Shown: one piece after another, positions 19,438 through 29,223 of the stretch
Numbering within the stretch: the stretch's first letter is position 1
How the letters are laid out: each line of letters opens with the position of its first letter
DNA from: an uncultured Acidimicrobiales bacterium
GTDB taxonomy: Bacteria; Actinomycetota; Acidimicrobiia; Acidimicrobiales; UBA10347
Assembly (NCBI GenBank): GCA_943788915.1
Contig: CALSSD010000008.1
Coordinates: 186,001-250,000 of the forward strand
Direction of reading: 5' to 3'
DNA length: 64,000 nt
Notes under the pieces: generated by a model
The model's input: the letters and a program-made list of their open reading frames with translations, nothing else
Databases searched by the model: none
Told to the model about the DNA's origin: nothing
Position numbers and translations under genes: made by a program

Positions 19438-21182
19438 GATGATTCTCCGATGAGGCCAAGGGCCAGTGCTGAGGCGACCGCAGATGCCGCGGTGTGGCCG
19501 AGTCCGCAGATGGAGGCGTCGGCCATGGCCCGTGCCATGTCGTCGTGAAGCTGGCGTTTGTCGGGCGCCAGGCCGATGCCGTTCTTGGACTTGAGTTCGA
19601 CCATCATCTCGTGCTGACGAACAGCACCGACCCGACACGGCACACACTGGCCGCACGATTCGTTCTTGAAGAACTCGGCGATGCGAGTGCACATGTCGGT
19701 CAGGTTGATGGTGGTGTTGAAGACCATCACCACACCGGAACCGAGTGTTGTACCCGCTGCTCTGGTGTCCTCGAGCGTCAGCGGTAAGTCGAGAGACTCC
19801 GGGGTAACAAACGAACCTGCGGCTCCGCCGAGCAGCACCGCTTGCAGGTCTCCCACAACACCCCCCGCCAAATCGAGGAGCTCCCCGAGCGTGGTGCCGA
19901 AGGGCATCTCGTAGGTACCAGGACGCGCAATCGCGCCCGACAAGCAGAACAATCGCGTGCCCGGTGATCCTTCAGTGCCGATTGCCCGATAGGCGTCGGC
20001 ACCTTCGAGCACGATCGGAAGGACGTTCAGCAAGGTCTCCGGATTGTTAATTGCCGTTGGCTGATTGAACAACCCGTGGGTTGTCGGGAACGGTGGCTTG
20101 TTGCGAGGTTCTCCTCGAAAGCCTTCGATGCTGTTGAACAACGCCGTTTCTTCACCACAGATATAGGCACCGGCGCCACGTCGGACTTCGATATCGAACG
20201 CCATGCCGGATCCGGCAACGTCGGCACTGAGCAGACCTGCGGCTCGGCATTCGTTGATCGCGTTCTGGATACGGGCTGTGGCCAGTGGGTACTCGCCACG
20301 AATATAGATCCAACCGTTTTCGGCCCCAGTTGCGACTGCGGCGATGGTCATGGCTTCCACCAGCGCAAACGGGTCGTTCTCCATGACCGTGCGATCCTTG
20401 AATGTTCCGGGTTCGCTCTCGTCGGCATTTGCCACGATGTGTTTGGTGTCGCCTGCGGCGTCGCGCACTGCGCTCCACTTGAACCCGGTCGGGAAGGCAG
20501 CACCGCCGCGGCCCGACAGGCCCGAATCACTGAGCGCGGTGAGTATGTCGTCGGCACCCATCTCGATTGCCTTGGTCAGCGCTTCGTAACCGCCGTGTTC
20601 GCGGTAACTCGCCAGGCTGTTCGGGTCGACAACCCCAAGACGATGTAGCAGCCGTAGACCATCGCTATCCGGCTGAGGACGAACGTAGGGATCGGCATCA
20701 GCCTGAACCACGTCGGGTGCACGCCGTCCCTGAATGAACAGGGCCGGCGGCCGCTCGCATTGACCCAGACATGGGCTCTCATGCACATGACCACCGGCGG
20801 CTTTCACCGCAGCGATCGCGTCAGCTGACACCGCACGACATGGACCGTCGATACAGACGTGGGTTACCGGGCCGTCGTGGTCCGGGGCCTCGTCGACCCG
20901 GAACATCTCATAGAAACTGGCCACGCCATACGCCTCGGCCGGCGGCACTTGCAGCTCTTCTGCGACATAGTTCAGGCCGCCACGGCTGATCCAGCCCGAC
21001 TCGTTCTGCAACGCATGTAACGCCGGCAACAACATATGCCGCAGCCGGTGGCGACGTCTGGTGCCCCCGCGGACTAGCCGTTCGTGTACATGCTCGATAC
21101 CACGCTCATCACCGAGCACCGCATCGACCGCAGCGATCTCGCCATCAGACGCCGAAGCATCAGTGAACTTCAAATCAGCCAA
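19434..21182 (-). CDS. NuoE/NuoF-like fused NAD(H)/FMN subunit of formate dehydrogenase
   Basis: GRGGAAFPTG, NADESEPGTFKDR, GAGAYICGEETAL, ESCGQCVPCR; TTG start (MADLKF). Confidence 0.9.
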   Translation of the reverse strand: MADLKFTDASASDGEIAAVDAVLGDERGIEHVHERLVRGGTRRRHRLRHMLLPALHALQNESGWISRGGLNYVAEELQVPPAEAYGVASFYEMFRVDEAPDHDGPVTHVCIDGPCRAVSADAIAAVKAAGGHVHESPCLGQCERPPALFIQGRRAPDVVQADADPYVRPQPDSDGLRLLHRLGVVDPNSLASYREHGGYEALTKAIEMGADDILTALSDSGLSGRGGAAFPTGFKWSAVRDAAGDTKHIVANADESEPGTFKDRTVMENDPFALVEAMTIAAVATGAENGWIYIRGEYPLATARIQNAINECRAAGLLSADVAGSGMAFDIEVRRGAGAYICGEETALFNSIEGFRGEPRNKPPFPTTHGLFNQPTAINNPETLLNVLPIVLEGADAYRAIGTEGSPGTRLFCLSGAIARPGTYEMPFGTTLGELLDLAGGVVGDLQAVLLGGAAGSFVTPESLDLPLTLEDTRAAGTTLGSGVVMVFNTTINLTDMCTRIAEFFKNESCGQCVPCRVGAVRQHEMMVELKSKNGIGLAPDKRQLHDDMARAMADASICGLGHTAASAVASALALGLIGESS

Positions 21183-21203
21183 GGAAAGTCTCGCTAAGAA
21201 AAG

Positions 21204-21349
21204 AGGTAGGAGCGACGGAGGAGCGGGCGGAGCCGAGGGACGAGGCGACCAGATCCACGAAAACCATATGCGACGAACGTCGCCCCGAGCGGAGCGGAGC
21301 AACACAGGTAGGAGCGACGGAGGAGCGGGCGGAGCCGAGGGACGAGGCG
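21204..21349. repeat. 44-bp perfect direct repeat (21204-21247 and 21306-21349), MIRU-like intergenic insert
   Basis: aggtaggagcgacggaggagcgggcggagccgagggacgaggcg twice, 58-nt spacer. Confidence 0.9.
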
Positions 21350-21350
21350 G

Positions 21351-23285
21351 TCATGCCGAGGCAGCCTGCAACTTCTCGACGCGAATACTTGCGGCTTTGA
21401 ATTCGGCGGTTCCAGAGCGTTTGTCCCACGCATCGCTGGTCATGACGTTGACGTCGACCAGCTCGGGGAAATGGAACGTGGTGAAGGTCAGGCCTTTGGG
21501 GATGTCGGGCTGGAACCGCACTGCCATCTCGACGGAACCGCGGGCCGATGACACTTGAACCTTCTCGCCGTCTTCGATGCCCATACCTATGGCATCGGCA
21601 GGGTTCATATCAAGGGCATCGCCATAACGGATCGGCGAGTTGAAGCCGCCGGACTGCACACCGGTGTTGTACGAATCGAGGGCACGACCAGTGGTGAGGC
21701 GCAGCGGGAACTGTTCGCTGAGTTCTTCCTTAGGACCCTGATGCACAACTGCACTGAACGGTGCTGGATCGCGTCCGTCGAGATCGTCGGCCCACAACCA
21801 GCTGTGCAGGAACGGCGAACCCGGGTGATCGAGCGACGGGCATGGCCATTGCAGGCCGCCCTCGGACTCGAGCCGTTCCCAACTCATACCGGCATGCATG
21901 GGCGAGAGCAATCGCAGCTCGTCCCAGAGCACCTCGGGATCGCGGTCGCCCATATCCATACCCATACGGGCAGCGATATCGAAGATGATGTCAATGTCGT
22001 GGCGGGCTTCGCCCGGAGGGGTGACCGCGGCGCGGACCCGTTGCACCCGGCGTTCCGACGAAGTCACGGTGCCATCGGACTCGGCCCAGCCGACTGATGC
22101 CGGCAACACGACGTCGGCCATCTCGGCAGTGCGGGTCATGAAGATGTCTTGCACAACAAGCAGATCGAGGCCTTCGAGCATCTTGCGAGCGTGATGGATA
22201 TCGGCCTCGCTGTCGGCCGGATTTTCGCCAATGACGAAGACGGTCTTCATCTCACCCCGTTCCATCGCTTCGAACATGAGCGTGAGGTGGATGCCAGGTT
22301 CAGGGTTCAGGTCAACGCCGTAGACAGCTTCGAACTTGCCCCGAGCCACATCGTCGTTGACGTTCTGGAAACCAGGCAGTTTGTCAGGAAGCGAACCCAT
22401 GTCGCCGCCGCCCTGCACGTTGTTCTGGCCACGCAACGGCACCAGGCCGCTACCCCATCGTCCGACATGGCCGGTCAGGAGTGCCAGGTTGCACAACGCC
22501 AGCACATTGTCGACGGCGTTGTGATGTTCGGTAATTCCGAGCGTCCATAGAATCTGTGCGGAATCAGCGGTGGCATACGCATGCGCCATCTCCCTGATCG
22601 CCTCAGCAGGGACGCCGGTCAGTTCTGCGCCGCGCTCAAGTGTGTACGGCTCGACGGCGGCCTTGAGCTCCTCAAAGCCTTGGGTCGAGTGCGCAACGAA
22701 GTCCTTGTTGTGCAGGTCAGCAGCGATGATCTCGCGGGCAACGGTGTTCGCCATGGCGACATCGCTGCCGACTTCGAGCCCGAGCCACACATCGGCGAAC
22801 TTGGCTGACGAGGTACGACGAGGATCGACGGCGAACATGGTTGCGCCGTTGTCTATGCCCTTCAGCAAATGATGAAAGAAGATCGGGTGTGCTTCACGAG
22901 CATTCGAACCCCACAACAAGATGACGTCGGTCTCTTCGATTTCTCTGTACGACGACGTGCCGCCGCCCGCTCCGAGAACTGTGGCCAGACCGACCACCGA
23001 AGGAGCGTGTCAAGTGCGGTTGCAGGAGTCGATGTCATTCGACCCCATCACCACCCGAGAAAACTTTTGGGCGGCATAGTTCATTTCGTTGGTTGACTTC
23101 GAGCAACTGAACATGCCGAAGCTGTGCACGCCGGCAGCAACGTCTTCCCGAGCAGCAAGGAAACCTTCGGCAATACGATCGAGTGCTTCGTCCCATGTTG
23201 CAGGCACGAGTTCGCCGTCGACCCGGACCATCGGCGTGGTCAGTCGAGGCCGCGGCAAATGTTGTTTCGTCTTGTGTTTTCTCAC
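21351..23285 (-). CDS. fdhF: Selenocysteine-containing Mo/W-bisPGD formate dehydrogenase catalytic subunit (Sec TGA at 23010-23012)
   Basis: DSCNRT-TGA-HAPSVVGL joins two ORFs in frame; PLRGQNNVQG, GTVTSSERRVQ, TAEFK; probable GTG start at 23285. Confidence 0.9.
22981..22997 (-). promoter_or_regulatory. SECIS hairpin of the FDH alpha gene
   Basis: GTGGTC-GGTCT-GGCCAC 12 nt after the TGA; apical GGUCU as in the E. coli fdhF SECIS. Confidence 0.8.
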
Positions 23286-23390
23286 GAAGCCGTCCCCCTG
23301 TTTGAGGGTCGAACCGTACACCGTGGCACCGTCCTGCGTCTCGCCAAACGTCGCGTTGCTAGGACAATTGGTCACGACCCGATGTCGGTC

Positions 23391-23966
23391 TCAAATCAGC
23401 TGTTGCAAGACGACCCGGGGCGGAGACCCGGCCGCATCACTAAACGTATTGACATCTTTAATAATCGCCCGTTTCGCATCGTCGTCGTTGAAGAACTTCT
23501 CGCTCAGATCACTGCGGGTACTAAACGCACACATAGCGATGCCATCCAGTACTTGGCCGTGGATTGTGTCGACCACTGCAAGTTGGGAGTAGTCACACAT
23601 AGCGAGATGCATCCGCAAGGCCAGCGGTCCGTGGGTGTCTCGCCAATGGTCGTCACATTGGCGATGGGTCATCGCTGGGTTGCGCACCAAACCAAACGTG
23701 GCGATCGAACGCTCAGCAGTGGGTTCTGTCACGGGCGCTTTGATGACTCGGCTGAAACACACGTACATTCCAACATCGCTCACGGACCGCACGGCTTCGA
23801 CATTGTCGGTCGCCACCCGGATCATGGCCGAATAGGGCCGCTCGTCGCGTTCGGTCGGATGGTTGGCATAGGCCATTCCCCCGAGTCGTGTGGCCACCTC
23901 GTGGGTTGCCGCGCTATCGCTTCCGAATCCAACCAGTTCGAGCATGTAGCCATCTTGGCACGTCAA
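23391..23966 (-). CDS. EthD domain-containing protein (5' end possibly frameshifted)
   Basis: RNPAMTHRQCDDHWRDTHGPLA, DGIA, DVNTF. Confidence 0.7.
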   Translation of the reverse strand: MTCQDGYMLELVGFGSDSAATHEVATRLGGMAYANHPTERDERPYSAMIRVATDNVEAVRSVSDVGMYVCFSRVIKAPVTEPTAERSIATFGLVRNPAMTHRQCDDHWRDTHGPLALRMHLAMCDYSQLAVVDTIHGQVLDGIAMCAFSTRSDLSEKFFNDDDAKRAIIKDVNTFSDAAGSPPRVVLQQLI

Positions 23967-24080
23967 CGAACACGAACGAAGTGTCGGTTATGCCTGGAGA
24001 ACACATGCCCCGGGACTAACGACCGGTGCAGCTGGGACAACATCTCGACGGGGAACAAGTCGAACGGCGAACGACCAGTG

Positions 24081-24956
24081 TTAGGCCCGGGAACGAGCGT
24101 CGAGGATGCCGTGGATGAAGCGGATGGTCGGGGTGTCAATGCCCAAGGCTTCGGCCCGGCGAAGGGCTGAGCCGTGGATGGCGTCGTGTTCGGTCGGACG
24201 GCCAGCACGGGTGTCGTACAGCATGGACGTGCCGCCATCGTTGCCACTGTTGATGAGCCGGTCGATAATCGCTTCGGCACCATCGGGATCGAGGTCGGCT
24301 CCATCGGCACGGGCGATCTGCCAGCACTCTCGGACTGTCTCGATGGCGATCGGACGGATCGCCGGGTCACCTACAACCGACAATGTGCGACCGGTGAGTG
24401 CGGTGAGTCCGTTCAACAACACGTTAAAGCTCAGCTTCCGCCACTTCTCGGTAGCGAATGCGCTTGTCGGCCGGACCTCGGCCTGCGACTCGGCGAACAA
24501 CTCCAACAGCGCGTCGCCATAGGGCTGATCTGGGACGAAGAGGTGACCAGCCGAGCTGTGTTTGATATGGCCCGGTTCAAGAAGTTCGGCGCCGCAGTAG
24601 ACAACGGTCGGGATCGTGGGGGCTCCGTTCGTATACGCATCGGCCAGGTCATGTTCGATGCCGTTCTGCACCACCAACACCTTGGTATCGGCTCCACACA
24701 GCCTGCTGAGCCACTCGGCGGCACCAGGAGTTTGGTGAGCCTTCACGCTCAACAGAACCCATTCGACCGTCGATGTGATCGCAGCGGGATCGGTCACGAC
24801 GGTGGCTTCGATGTCCAACGGGAACTGTGGCGACTCGATCACGTATCGGTCGAACGGCCGCCGGGCACACGCAATTACCTCATGTCCTGCAGCTGCGAGA
24901 TGACCTGCAAAGAACACACCAACTGAACCGGGGCCAACAACTGCAATACGTGCCAT
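24081..24956 (-). CDS. panE: 2-dehydropantoate 2-reductase (PanE/ApbA) family
   Basis: GPGSVG, VKAHQ, QNGIE, WRKLSFN, SMLYD..AGRPTEHDAIHG. Confidence 0.85.
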   Translation of the reverse strand: MARIAVVGPGSVGVFFAGHLAAAGHEVIACARRPFDRYVIESPQFPLDIEATVVTDPAAITSTVEWVLLSVKAHQTPGAAEWLSRLCGADTKVLVVQNGIEHDLADAYTNGAPTIPTVVYCGAELLEPGHIKHSSAGHLFVPDQPYGDALLELFAESQAEVRPTSAFATEKWRKLSFNVLLNGLTALTGRTLSVVGDPAIRPIAIETVRECWQIARADGADLDPDGAEAIIDRLINSGNDGGTSMLYDTRAGRPTEHDAIHGSALRRAEALGIDTPTIRFIHGILDARSRA

Positions 24957-25007
24957 GACCGCACGCTAGTGCCCGAGCGGTGGCCGACTTGTGCGACGAC
25001 GAGCGGT

Positions 25008-26414
25008 TCAGGCGCCGTCGGGATCCGTTCCTAACCACCGTCGGATCTGAGCACGTTGTTTGTGGTCACGTTCACCAATGATCCGCAGGTCGGTCATACG
25101 TTGCAGCGTGAGGTCAGAAAAGGTGCGAGCAATAGCTTCAGCGTCGAGCGGGCTGCCATCACCTTCGGCCCCTAGGAGCGACTTTGCGACGTAGTCGAGG
25201 TGTCGGCGTGACAAGGTGTCGCCTGTCGAACGCGAGCGGTCACGGGCCGAACGGGTCAACCGATTGACCGACCGAGCGTTGGACTCGAGTTTTCCGATCC
25301 GACGCCACGCCTCGGCAAGCTGGACAAAGAGCGTCTCCCACCGTGGCGCTTCGAGCAGCGGGAAGCCGGCGTCGACCCGGCGCAGTGCACGGGCCCCACC
25401 GGGAACATCGTTCGTGAGCGTAGCGGTCTCGGGCGCGGGCGAGGGTTCGGTCTCGAGTCGTGCCGGCAGCAGGTACGCCTGTCGTCCCGTACTCAAAACC
25501 GCTTCAGGGATTGACTGCAACAAGAACTGTTTGAAACTCCCAGCGCCGAACCACCCATCACTGATCTCCGCGCCAAACTCAGCCTGCAGCCTCCAGGCCA
25601 GCGAGGCCAGATCCACCGGCCGGTCGAGCTCTGACCACCGAGCCACCAGGACCGATGCAGCATCAGCCGCTTGTTCACTCTGGAGATCGAGTGCAGACGT
25701 ATCAGAGGAACCCGGTTCTGTGACGGCTGCCTGGTCGAGTCGGTCGAGCTCGCTACGAAGGTCCTCGGCGATGTCGTCGAGCGTGGCGAACAGGTCAGCC
25801 ATTCGTTTACTCAATACCTCGACCAACGGCGGCAGTTCGCCGTCCTTGCTATAGCTGTCTTCATGGGTGAGTTCACCCCAGCTGTCTTGGAGCAAGGTTC
25901 GGACCTGTAGCTCAATGGTCACCGGAGTGGCCTTGTCCTCGATATCGATGCCGACTTGCAGGTTCACGTGCCAACCCCGATAACCGGACTCCTTTGGTTC
26001 AAGGACATAGTCACGCTCTGACGTTGGATCGAAGCACAACCCCATCGGTGACTTCCCCGGCAGCGGCAACCCGTCGAGAGCGGCCTGGACCATCTCAATA
26101 TCTCGCAGGTTCGTGCAGGTGATCCGCAGGCCGACCAGATCCCGGATCGCCGTCGGTACGTCGTCAACCGTTGTGATCGTGCCCTCGCGGAGCAGCCGTT
26201 TCAGTTTGCGCCACGCCCGGCGCTTGGATTTCACCCGACCGGAGATGCGACGAATCCGAGTTCGGTCGCGATCTGACAGGGCCTCGTCGAGGGTTGCTTG
26301 CAACGAGGTCATTGCCGCAGCCAACGCCGGATCGAGCACCCGCGTCCGGTACTCGTCGTACCAGGTTCCGAAATCGGCATATCCGATCGAGGCCTGTGTC
26401 TCTGGGGCAGTCAT
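25008..26414 (-). CDS. RelA/SpoT-domain small alarmone synthetase with a long C-terminal extension
   Basis: GRVKS, DLVGLRITC, ESGYRGWH, ELQVRTLLQDSWGELTH; leaderless TAGGAT-N7-ATG. Confidence 0.85.
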   Translation of the reverse strand: MTAPETQASIGYADFGTWYDEYRTRVLDPALAAAMTSLQATLDEALSDRDRTRIRRISGRVKSKRRAWRKLKRLLREGTITTVDDVPTAIRDLVGLRITCTNLRDIEMVQAALDGLPLPGKSPMGLCFDPTSERDYVLEPKESGYRGWHVNLQVGIDIEDKATPVTIELQVRTLLQDSWGELTHEDSYSKDGELPPLVEVLSKRMADLFATLDDIAEDLRSELDRLDQAAVTEPGSSDTSALDLQSEQAADAASVLVARWSELDRPVDLASLAWRLQAEFGAEISDGWFGAGSFKQFLLQSIPEAVLSTGRQAYLLPARLETEPSPAPETATLTNDVPGGARALRRVDAGFPLLEAPRWETLFVQLAEAWRRIGKLESNARSVNRLTRSARDRSRSTGDTLSRRHLDYVAKSLLGAEGDGSPLDAEAIARTFSDLTLQRMTDLRIIGERDHKQRAQIRRWLGTDPDGA

Positions 26415-26605
26415 CGCTGTGATCCTATGCCTGCACAGTCGGAGGAACGGCACACCCCCAACGCCCCCGGCTGCGCGGAGATCTGCCATCGATGATCGGG
26501 TTCGTGAAGTGGGCGGGCGTCGAACGTGCACTGGCTGTCGATCCAAGACCGGCACCACCAGATCTCGCCGCGGCGTAACCGCCTCGCTCTGCTAGACACC
26601 AGTGG

Positions 26606-27394
26606 GTGGGACAACAACTGATCGCTTCGGATCTCGACGGCACCCTGTTTGGTCCCGACAGTGTTCCCGAGCCACGCACTGTCGCCGCCGTAAACGCAGT
26701 CGTCGATGCCGGGTACATCTTCGTGGCCATCACCGGTCGCAGCTATTTCGGCGGTGCAGACCGGGTGACCAATAGCGGGGCGAACGCCCATTGGTTCATT
26801 GGCTCCAACGGAGGCCACCGCATGCACCTGGCAACCCGGATACTCGAAGAACGTTTGTTGTTCACTGAGCACGATGTGCGCTCGATGGTGAACGAGGTAC
26901 CGCGAGACCTTGCAGGCATCGGGTTCGGCTTCGAACATGACAGCGGCTTCAGTTACGACGCTGGGTTCCGTGCGGTTTTCCCCACTGCGTTCGACGGTGG
27001 CCCCCGCCAGGACACAGCTGTGTGGGCGTCACACGACATTGGCAAGATCTTCGTCAGTCACCCCACGCTCACGCCTGAGGAATTGATCGACGTCTCCACC
27101 CAACTTGTTCCTGCAGGCACGCACGTCACGACCTCGGGCACGTCGTTCGTGGAGCTCACCCCGCCAGGCGGCGACAAGGCAATGGGTTTAGCCCGCCTGT
27201 GCGCCAAACTCGGGATCGATGCTGCCGATGTTGTTGCCTTTGGCGACAACAACAACGACGTGTCCATGTTGGGGTGGGCAGGTCGAGGTATTGCTATGGA
27301 CAACGCAACACCCGACGCAAAAGCAGCCGCAGACGAGATCACGGCAACCAACACCGACTTTGGCGTCGCAGTCATTCTTGAAGCGCTCGTGTAG
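26606..27394 (+). CDS. Cof-type HAD-IIB hydrolase
   Basis: SDLDGTL, TGR, DKAMGL, AFGDNNNDVSML. Confidence 0.9.
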   Translation: MGQQLIASDLDGTLFGPDSVPEPRTVAAVNAVVDAGYIFVAITGRSYFGGADRVTNSGANAHWFIGSNGGHRMHLATRILEERLLFTEHDVRSMVNEVPRDLAGIGFGFEHDSGFSYDAGFRAVFPTAFDGGPRQDTAVWASHDIGKIFVSHPTLTPEELIDVSTQLVPAGTHVTTSGTSFVELTPPGGDKAMGLARLCAKLGIDAADVVAFGDNNNDVSMLGWAGRGIAMDNATPDAKAAADEITATNTDFGVAVILEALV

Positions 27395-27433
27395 CGGCCT
27401 CCCAAGCAGGGGGCGGAGTGAGGATCACGTGCT

Positions 27434-27949
27434 TCAGTTGGCAGTGACCTGGCGGATCATCGCGACGAAAGCGGTGAGCAGCCCACCAAGGACAACCGCC
27501 TGCAATGCAACAGAGCGGGCCGGTGCAATCGAAGCCAGGGCCGACGCGCCGACTCCAATCAGCAACGCCACACCAACCACCGTTGCCACCTCCTGCACTC
27601 GGTGAGCGGTTGCTTCAGCTGTGTTACGGGCACCACGACGTCGTTCAATGGCCTCCCACGACACTTCCATGGTCACGTACCACCAGCAGCCAACAGTGAT
27701 CGACCGCATCCAGGACGACTCCTCGGCGAAACCAGACTCGAGCACGATGCCACCGACCATCGGCAACGAAGCCGAAGCGACCCACCGGGCTGATCCCAGG
27801 ATGAGGAACGTGAGATGCAAAAGCATCGCAACGGCCATGAGCGGTACGACAGCGGTCATCGCTTCCGAGGCTGTGGCCACCATCGCTGCCACAGCGCCCA
27901 TCCCCATCGCTGCTGCCAGCACCGTGACCCACATACCGTCGCGCCTCAT
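27434..27949 (-). CDS. Hypothetical membrane protein (MoxR operon)
   Basis: Multiple TM segments; ATGA coupling to the DUF58 gene. Confidence 0.65.
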   Translation of the reverse strand: MRRDGMWVTVLAAAMGMGAVAAMVATASEAMTAVVPLMAVAMLLHLTFLILGSARWVASASLPMVGGIVLESGFAEESSWMRSITVGCWWYVTMEVSWEAIERRRGARNTAEATAHRVQEVATVVGVALLIGVGASALASIAPARSVALQAVVLGGLLTAFVAMIRQVTAN

Positions 27950-29223
27950 GAGCGGCCCCTGACTCGACCACCATGGCGGCGCCGCATCAACTGACCGAGC
28001 ACAACGTCGAGGTTTTCATCGCCGTCCCAACCAGCAACCGCCACCCCTTGTTCGGCCATACGATCACGAAGCATTGACCGCTCGGCATCCCAGAAGCTAC
28101 GAGCCACCGACTGGGCATACGGCGCATCAACAGACTGGTCATCGGTTGGCACACATTCGATAACCGCCACGTCATGGCCTCGACCACGCGCGGTAAATAT
28201 GGCCTCGACAAACCGGTCATCGAGCAACGGGGTGAACGCGATGATGAATGACCGCGGCGGAAGTGCCCGCGCCGGCAAGATGGGGAGTTCCTTATCAGCA
28301 GCATTCGCATACAGCCCCGTGGCCAGGATCGCATCGGTCAAACGCTGCAGCTGCACTCGGCCGGTGGCTGGGCTTACCCACCGCACAACACCACCAAACT
28401 CGACGAGCCCGACCCGGTCAGTGACCGCAAGGTGGCTCTCTGCGATCGCGATCGATGCATCAACGATCAGACCAAAAATCTGCCGCACATCATGACCGCT
28501 CTCAACGAACGAGTCGACAAGCAAAATCACATCGGTCGCCCGATCGAGATGCCGTTGTGACACCCACAGGTCGCCAGTGCGAGCGCTTGCTCGCCAGTTG
28601 ATATCGCGTACCGAGTCGCCGGCAGCGAACTGTCGAATGTCTGCGTACTCGATGCCTTGGGCCGACTCGCGCGACCGGTGTGTTCCCGACACGCGCCGCA
28701 CCAGCCATGGTGCAATCAGTTCCTTCAGCTGACGAGGAGTCGGATGCACACGAATCGCCCCGCGTTGGCGCATCACCGCCCGGCTTCGGAACAAGCCGTA
28801 TGCGTGGGATGACTCGACGTCCATAGCCCCCAGATCATGGGTTCCCCACTCCTGCGCAGGCATCTCAAACGTGATGTCTGTGGGGCGCCTTGCCGACACC
28901 AGATCAACCACCGGGCGAATCGCTTCTGTGCTTGTCACAAAACTCTTGCTTGGCTGCGGGGCAACGGCGACGACTGCGTTGGACTCGGCGGTGACCGTGA
29001 CCTGGACCTCGACGACGTCGCCCACCATCAGTCGGTCCTGGACAACCGCAATCTGGACCTGCACGTTTGGGTCGCGTTCATGCATGATTCCGAGCGCACA
29101 CAAAACAAGCCACGGCGCCACAAACAGTGCAACTTCGGGCATACCCACCAACACCGCGATCACCGCGCCGGCCAGGCTGAGCAGCACCGACACAATCAGC
29201 CGGTCGGTTGCGGAGCGTCTCAT
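27946..29223 (-). CDS. DUF58 domain protein
   Basis: GIEYADIRQFAAGDSVRDINWRASAR. Confidence 0.88.
   Translation of the reverse strand: MRRSATDRLIVSVLLSLAGAVIAVLVGMPEVALFVAPWLVLCALGIMHERDPNVQVQIAVVQDRLMVGDVVEVQVTVTAESNAVVAVAPQPSKSFVTSTEAIRPVVDLVSARRPTDITFEMPAQEWGTHDLGAMDVESSHAYGLFRSRAVMRQRGAIRVHPTPRQLKELIAPWLVRRVSGTHRSRESAQGIEYADIRQFAAGDSVRDINWRASARTGDLWVSQRHLDRATDVILLVDSFVESGHDVRQIFGLIVDASIAIAESHLAVTDRVGLVEFGGVVRWVSPATGRVQLQRLTDAILATGLYANAADKELPILPARALPPRSFIIAFTPLLDDRFVEAIFTARGRGHDVAVIECVPTDDQSVDAPYAQSVARSFWDAERSMLRDRMAEQGVAVAGWDGDENLDVVLGQLMRRRHGGRVRGRS

Noticed and set aside
21204..21349. 44-bp direct repeat as a mini CRISPR array
   Set aside because: Only two units, a 58-nt spacer that itself contains repeat-like sequence, and no cas genes
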